A stretch of 64,000 bases of DNA from Spirochaetota bacterium (GTDB taxonomy: Bacteria; Spirochaetota; UBA4802; UBA5550), in assembly GCA_963663865.1 (NCBI GenBank), contig OY760686.1, forward strand, positions 672,001-736,000. Reading direction: 5' to 3'. Below, one piece after another: positions 58,340-64,000 of the stretch. The position numbers and the translations under genes are program-made. Positions within the stretch are counted from its first letter, which is position 1, and the number at the start of each line of letters is the position of its first letter. The notes under the pieces are model-generated. The model was not told where the DNA came from. It saw nothing but the letters and a program-made list of their open reading frames with translations, and ran no database searches.

Positions 58340-60640
58340 ATGACGTTAAAAAACATCAGACGTCCCGGTATGGCAGCGTTTTTGCTGTATCTGGGTGTAT
58401 CGTTCATCTTTGCCGGCGCCATGTCAGGATGCGCGGACAAAAAGGATTCACTTAAGGACGAAGAAGAAGGAACAGTTGAAGGTTTCGAAGAGTTCGATGA
58501 GTACTATGCAGTCAACCCTACGGGAATTAATGAGGTCCCGGGGCTGCCTGGAATCAAGGCTGATGATGAGATACTTCTGGAGGCACAGCAGTATCTTGCT
58601 CTGTTGACGCCTGCAGAAAAAGTTAATCAGATGAGCGGAAAAACAGAGTTCGATTTGACGTATATGTTTGACCAGTATGATAATGAGGAGCGCGGGATAG
58701 ACGGCTTTTACTATCTTGATGGACCCAGGGGGGCCCGCTGGATTCAGGACGCGGCGCCCTATGGAACAACTGTATTTCCCGCCTCAGTAACGAGAGCAAA
58801 CTCCTGGAGTCCTGAGCTTGAAACAGAACTCGGCAAGATCGCGGGCGATGAGACAAGGGCGCTCGGAGCTAACGTAAACCTCGCTCCGTGTATGAATCAG
58901 GTTACGCATCCGCGTCATGGAAGGTCTCAGGAAACCTATGGAGAGGATTCACATCTTCTCGGCGTGATGGGTGGCGCCTATGTTAAAGGTGTTCAGTATG
59001 AAACCGCGGGCAAGAACCCGATTGGTGCGTGCGTAAAGCACTATGCCGCAAACAACATTGAGAATACCAGGATGCAGGTCAACGTGAATGTTGATGAACG
59101 TACGCTTCGCGAGGTATATCTCAGACATTTCAAGAGGGCAATTCAGGAATCAAATCCAGCTATGGTAATGGGTTCGTACAACCAGGTTAACGGATTTTAC
59201 TCATGTATGAATAAACCCCTGCTGAAAGGTTTTCTCAGAGATGAGTGGTACTGGTCAGGAATGGTAATATCAGACTGGTTCGCAACAGGCAGCACAGTTG
59301 AGTCGCTTGAGGCTACGCTTGATGTTGAGATGCCTATTAGTATGGTAAACGACTGGTTCCCGAACATAATTTACGGAACAAGTCTCCAGACTGCTATAGA
59401 TAACGGGACAGCTGATATCGAACTGGTTAACCAGTCCGTTCTCAGAATACTCTATCAGAAAGTGAGACTTGGCATGATGGATTACGATACAGAGCAGCAG
59501 GATACCAGCGTATTACAGAGTGATCCTTCAATGCAGACAGTTCTTGAATCCGCCAGAAAGGGTATAGTACTTCTTAAGAACGAGAGCATTCTGCCTCTTG
59601 ACAAGACAAACCTTTCGAATGGAATCGTAATGCTTGGCGAGTATGCCAACAAGAAAATACTGGGAGACCAGGGAAGCAGCGACGCCCACCCGGTTGAGGC
59701 CAACGAGTCTGACGCGCTTGTTAAGAACTGCTATGAGGGAATCGCCGATGTTCTTGGCGCTGGGAATGTTCAGGCTTTTGTTGATGAAGCCGCTGATACA
59801 GGTAATGCTGTTTCTTCAGCTGATGTAGTTATAGTTGTTGTCGGAACGATTCCCCGTTCTCTCTGGACAGGAGCAGGTGAAGAAGGTGAAGGTTATGACC
59901 GCGAGTCGCTTGCTCTCCCGCAGAGAGACCTCGATAATATCGCCTATGCTACAGAGAACAACGACAATGTTATAGTCGTTGCGCAGATAGGAGGACCCTT
60001 CCTGGTCAAAAACTGGATATCTGATGTTAAAGGTCTTATCTGGGGAGGTTTCATGGGCATGAAGGGCGGAACGGCTCTCGCTGAAATAATCTTCGGAGAT
60101 GTCAACCCGAGCGGTAAAACATGTCAGAGTTTCCCCGTAAACGAAACCGACCTGCCTGCCTTTGACAATGAGAGTGAAGAAGTAACCTACCAGTACTACC
60201 ACGGTTACAGGTATCTTGATAAGCAGGGTACTGCACCTCAGTATTATTTCGGACACGGACTCAGCTATACGACCTACAGCTACTCCAATCTCCAGGTAGC
60301 GGGGGTTGATGAGGACACACTTGAAGTAACAGTGTCTGTTGATGTCCAGAACACGGGAGATATTGACGGAGAAGAGGTAGTCCAGCTCTATGTCGGTTTC
60401 GACAACACAAAGGTAGCTGATTCAATCGGAAGACCAAAGAAGGAGCTAAAAGCGTTCGACCGTGTAGCTCTGAGTGCAGGAGAAAAGAAAACGGTCACTC
60501 TTACAATTGATCCTGAAGACCTGACATACTGGAACGCTGAAGTCGGCAAGATGATTCTCGAAAAAATGGAGTATCAGCTCTATGTTGGAGCTTCATCCGA
60601 TCCGGCAGACCTTTTAACAGGCGCGTTTACCATAGACTGA
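58340..60640 (+). CDS. GH3 beta-glucosidase lipoprotein with C-terminal Fn3-like domain
   Basis: Lipobox MSGC; DGPRG, GRSQETYGED, KHY, SDW, FGHGLSYT, EVVQLY, KELKAF. Confidence 0.95.
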   Translation: MTLKNIRRPGMAAFLLYLGVSFIFAGAMSGCADKKDSLKDEEEGTVEGFEEFDEYYAVNPTGINEVPGLPGIKADDEILLEAQQYLALLTPAEKVNQMSGKTEFDLTYMFDQYDNEERGIDGFYYLDGPRGARWIQDAAPYGTTVFPASVTRANSWSPELETELGKIAGDETRALGANVNLAPCMNQVTHPRHGRSQETYGEDSHLLGVMGGAYVKGVQYETAGKNPIGACVKHYAANNIENTRMQVNVNVDERTLREVYLRHFKRAIQESNPAMVMGSYNQVNGFYSCMNKPLLKGFLRDEWYWSGMVISDWFATGSTVESLEATLDVEMPISMVNDWFPNIIYGTSLQTAIDNGTADIELVNQSVLRILYQKVRLGMMDYDTEQQDTSVLQSDPSMQTVLESARKGIVLLKNESILPLDKTNLSNGIVMLGEYANKKILGDQGSSDAHPVEANESDALVKNCYEGIADVLGAGNVQAFVDEAADTGNAVSSADVVIVVVGTIPRSLWTGAGEEGEGYDRESLALPQRDLDNIAYATENNDNVIVVAQIGGPFLVKNWISDVKGLIWGGFMGMKGGTALAEIIFGDVNPSGKTCQSFPVNETDLPAFDNESEEVTYQYYHGYRYLDKQGTAPQYYFGHGLSYTTYSYSNLQVAGVDEDTLEVTVSVDVQNTGDIDGEEVVQLYVGFDNTKVADSIGRPKKELKAFDRVALSAGEKKTVTLTIDPEDLTYWNAEVGKMILEKMEYQLYVGASSDPADLLTGAFTID

Positions 60641-60681
60641 CACGAAGTAATTGATCTCTGATCAAAACTTCTATTCTCACA

Positions 60682-60705
60682 GCCCCGCCGTTTCAGCGGC
60701 GGGGC
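60682..60705 (+). other. Intercistronic GC-rich hairpin
   Basis: gccccgccg-tttcag-cggcggggc with no U tract; possible mRNA stability element. Confidence 0.55.
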
Positions 60706-60733
60706 ATTACTAACAGAAATAGCAGGTGTAAAA

Positions 60734-61861
60734 ATGAAAAATATAATCAACGGGAAAATGGCGGCATTGATTCTGGCGCTTGCAATCGTCCCGGTCTCTG
60801 CTTTCGCGGTTGAAAGCGACCCTCTAATCCCTAAATTCGAGACAAATAAGCCGAGTATTCCTATCGAATTTTCAGGATACTTCTGGTCAGATTCGACATA
60901 CAGGGAGGACGGTGCTGGGAAACAGACGGAATCGGACAGCACTCAGTACAAGCAGTACGGGCGTCTCGTGCTTGCGGCTAAATTCAGAAAGGAAACATCA
61001 AACGGATACTTCGCGGAGGCAAAAGCCGAGTTTATAGCCCTTGACAACGAGATTGACGGGGGTGCTTTTAAGGCTCATATTCGTGATTCCTATATTAAAC
61101 TGGGCAACCCTTTCTTTGACTTTCAGGCTGGACGGTTCCTTGCGTGGGAGGTCTATCACAAGGGGCAGGGAATGGAGCTCTATTCCTCCGAAGAGACCGG
61201 AGCAGCAAATTCAACTCAGATATACGCCGTTAATGCCAACAGAGAACATGAGGGCAGCGCAGGGCAGTTCGCCTTACACATGTTTCCGAGTGAGACCCTC
61301 AAGTTTGAGCTAAGTGCGGTGTACGGAGATGAACTGACAAACAACATATTAGGTGTAAGGCCTGTTATTGACGCTTCATTCGGCCCGATTCAGATAATTG
61401 CCGGAGCTGAGTACAGAAAAGAAGCAAACATGAAAACGGATTACAAGGATAACAGTGTTATCATGGGCGGCGGAGGAAGAATCCAGTACAACTCGGACTT
61501 CCTGACATTTGGAATCAACGGGACCTACTGTACCTATGAGTACGAGAACCTTCTGGGAGAAATTGACAGAACGAAAAAGTTTACTCAGGTTTCATTCGGC
61601 GGATGGGCGAACATAAACTTCTGGCGGAATTCCATTGGAATAGGCTGTCACTACTCAGAGCGGGAGTATGAATTTGGCGATGTTGATACCCATCTTCAGC
61701 CCTATATTTCATACCTGTACAAGCTCCCGTTCGAAGGCGTCAGCGTAAAGGCTGTTTTTGCTTATGCGAAGGCTGTCAATCAGGAGCAGAACACAAATCT
61801 GGACGAGTTCGAAAACGACATGAAGTCGGTCAGAATAAGAATAGCGTACGACTTCCTCTGA
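60734..61861 (+). CDS. Outer-membrane porin-like protein
   Basis: Signal peptide; IRDSYIKLG, FQAGRF, alternating strands; ends IAYDFL. Confidence 0.7.
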   Translation: MKNIINGKMAALILALAIVPVSAFAVESDPLIPKFETNKPSIPIEFSGYFWSDSTYREDGAGKQTESDSTQYKQYGRLVLAAKFRKETSNGYFAEAKAEFIALDNEIDGGAFKAHIRDSYIKLGNPFFDFQAGRFLAWEVYHKGQGMELYSSEETGAANSTQIYAVNANREHEGSAGQFALHMFPSETLKFELSAVYGDELTNNILGVRPVIDASFGPIQIIAGAEYRKEANMKTDYKDNSVIMGGGGRIQYNSDFLTFGINGTYCTYEYENLLGEIDRTKKFTQVSFGGWANINFWRNSIGIGCHYSEREYEFGDVDTHLQPYISYLYKLPFEGVSVKAVFAYAKAVNQEQNTNLDEFENDMKSVRIRIAYDFL

Positions 61862-61899
61862 TTCCAGAAAACGCTTCTCCAATAATTATTTATTTTATC

Positions 61900-61940
61900 A
61901 TAAGGCGGCACTCCTCAGTGGGGTGCCGCCTTATCATTTT
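61900..61940 (+). terminator. Intrinsic terminator
   Basis: ataaggcggcactcc-tcagt-ggggtgccgccttat then T-rich tract. Confidence 0.85.
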
Positions 61941-62309
61941 TCTTTCATATTTATGCTATAACAAATAATGATACTCTGTCGACAATGTTTACTCTCCCGG
62001 GATAATCATGCTATATAATGCGTGAGTAATGCTAAAAAAATATTTTTATTTACAAAACGGAATTGAACATGAGAAACCTTTCCGTTATGGATACTGATGA
62101 GGATAAAGCTAACTTTCTAAGAAATCCATGCTTGATCTGTTATAAGATATCTGGAACATAAGTTTTTAGAAATCTAAATCAAAGAAAAAACCTCAGTTTT
62201 TCAGAAAAAATCTTCTCATCTTAGCTTCAGTAAAACGTTTTAAGCGGTAGGCTGTTTATATTACAGTGAATAGAGCATTTAAAACAACAAAAAGCAAAAG
62301 GAGATTCAA

Positions 62310-62888
62310 ATGAGGATTTTAAAGGTATTGTTGATAATACCGCTTCTTGTGTCGTGCGTGGCTGGCATTCAGGTTAAGAAGGACAGTTTCAAGAACGCGC
62401 TTGTTGTAAGCATGGAGAAAGACCACGATGCCGATCTGGATGAGGGATTCGGAAGCATTGTATCAAGAGGGTCAAGGTACACAAGAGAGATTGCCAACGG
62501 CGTAAAGGGGCCCATTCACTACTACTTCAAGCTGTACACAAAACCAGACTTTGATGGCATCAAGGAGATTGCCTATATCTCTATTGACGGTAAGGTGTCA
62601 GAGGTCAAGCTCAGTGAGATAAGCTATTCACAGCAGACAGATTATTCAATGGTTGAAAAAAACAGCATTGTTATTGAGGGAAAGGAATCACATGAAGTCT
62701 CTGTTTCCCAGCTTAAGATAATCAGCTGCGGACTGACAATAAGCCCTGCACTTGAGAAGGAAATCCTAAACGCGAAAGAACTGAAATACAGGCTCTATTC
62801 CCTGAGCAACTCTGTAACTATCGAAGTCTCAGAAGGCGAGCTCGAGGACATCAAGAAGTTCATCGCGACCGAAAAAGAGGAAAGCTGA
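62310..62888 (+). CDS. Hypothetical lipoprotein
   Basis: AGGAG RBS; short signal with LVSC lipobox. Confidence 0.7.
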   Translation: MRILKVLLIIPLLVSCVAGIQVKKDSFKNALVVSMEKDHDADLDEGFGSIVSRGSRYTREIANGVKGPIHYYFKLYTKPDFDGIKEIAYISIDGKVSEVKLSEISYSQQTDYSMVEKNSIVIEGKESHEVSVSQLKIISCGLTISPALEKEILNAKELKYRLYSLSNSVTIEVSEGELEDIKKFIATEKEES

Positions 62889-62945
62889 CAAACTGCCGCT
62901 CGTATAATCACAGAAAAAAAGACTCACCTGCACAATTAAACCTAT

Positions 62946-62978
62946 CATAGCGCCCCTTAATTATAAGGCGGCGCTATG
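62946..62978. terminator. Hairpin between convergent genes
   Basis: catagcgcc-ccttaattataagg-c-ggcgctatg. Confidence 0.65.
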
Positions 62979-62989
62979 TTAATGAATCT

Positions 62990-64000
62990 TTACCTCGTAT
63001 AGCTAAATATCCACTCGGCAGACTCTGTGCTGTTAAGCGCCTCGATGTAAAGAGTGGGATCTCCCATGAACGCGTCATATCGCAGATACAAAGCCGGATC
63101 AGCACTAGCGGCTGTGTAATTGCTGGTGATTGCCATATGGGCCTGTTCCGAGAAGCTGTTAAACGCGCTCCCGAGCTCCGCGAAGCATACGCCGGTCTTA
63201 TAGTCAGATATCGGCTGGAGAACAGTGGAAATACCTGAGGCAATAAGGTCGTTTGTGTAAGCATCATTAGCTCCGATTGAATACAGTGCGGTCACGTCTC
63301 CCGGACTGCTGAGCGCCATGGCAATGCCGGTGGAAGCGCCCAGGTCATAACCCATTACATAGACCCCTGCTGAGTCAACGCTGTAGTTTGCTTTTACATA
63401 ATCAATCAGCTCCAAAATCTGCTCAGCATAGAGAGGCGCGTCTCCCTTCCAGTTGGCCGCTAAAGCGCTTCGGTTCAAAGTAATATTGCCCGGCTGGGGA
63501 GCGAGAATAATCATATCGTCAAAGCCGTTAGAGCTAATCCACTCAGTGGCTATTTTGCTCGAGTCAACATTGCGTCTGGGATAGGACTCGCTGCTGAGAA
63601 TATCACCTGAGATTGAAACAAGCAGAGGGAAGGGCCCGCTTCCTGATGGGACTCTCAGAGAGTAGTAAAGCTGGTTGCTTGATTCAACCGTGACTGAGGA
63701 AGTGAAAAGATCATCATCGAATTCTTCCCTGACAAGTTCTCTGACATAAGATGACGCATCTGATGAAAACACTGTTCCCGTTGAGAGTATCTTTTGTCCC
63801 GAGGTATATGTGATATCAGAGGTCTGCGCCGATCCAACGAGCGGATATCCCTTAGTGTTGCTTAACGCGCCATTGTAATACGATATGTCACTGTATGCTG
63901 AAGGATCGAACTCTACGATGACGTATCTGCCTTCGGCGTAGCTGCCTGTCGGCAAAAGCTCAGGAGATGCCGCTGTATAGACCCTCAGATTTGTCGGAGT
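62990..64000 (-). CDS. Alpha/beta-hydrolase-fold protein (EstA/COG4099-like) with atypical nucleophile elbow; 5' truncated by window edge
   Basis: Frame open to 64000; FPLLV, ILAPQ, YSVD...VYVMGYDLG, EWIF; GRYVIVE resembles the esterase Ig-like domain. Confidence 0.7.
   Translation of the reverse strand, partial: TPTNLRVYTAASPELLPTGSYAEGRYVIVEFDPSAYSDISYYNGALSNTKGYPLVGSAQTSDITYTSGQKILSTGTVFSSDASSYVRELVREEFDDDLFTSSVTVESSNQLYYSLRVPSGSGPFPLLVSISGDILSSESYPRRNVDSSKIATEWISSNGFDDMIILAPQPGNITLNRSALAANWKGDAPLYAEQILELIDYVKANYSVDSAGVYVMGYDLGASTGIAMALSSPGDVTALYSIGANDAYTNDLIASGISTVLQPISDYKTGVCFAELGSAFNSFSEQAHMAITSNYTAASADPALYLRYDAFMGDPTLYIEALNSTESAEWIFSYTR

Overview
Bacterial chromosomal window, probably from a diderm such as a Spirochaetota-like organism (inferred from many lipoproteins, beta-barrels, an omptin, an MCP and tRNAs without encoded CCA; not proven). 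In order: a YddB/FusA-like TonB-dependent receptor operon with ABC subunits, DUF4857-like protein and M16 (PqqL-like) protease; an MCP; outer-membrane proteins; a TPR/beta-barrel + degenerate ODP-GGDEF-REC + HEAT-GT2 polysaccharide locus; two tandem [periplasmic binding protein + membrane-anchored AraC] pairs (one frameshifted in an A6 run) divergent from a sulfatase/maturase operon; an AT-richer cyclic beta-1,2-glucan synthase beside tRNA-Arg; two tRNA-Ser; argB, DJ-1, mgsA, a UDP-sugar pyrophosphorylase, queE; then an accessory block with three GH3 lipoproteins, AraC, two MerR paralogues, pepF and a porin. The best candidate for a new system is an intact 413-aa IS110-family (bridge recombinase-like) ORF at 46968-48209 whose catalytic positions all appear substituted, preceded by a structured non-coding region, suggesting a domesticated, possibly RNA-guided binding protein. 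No CRISPR array or rRNA seen. All family assignments come from motif recognition by eye, not database searches.
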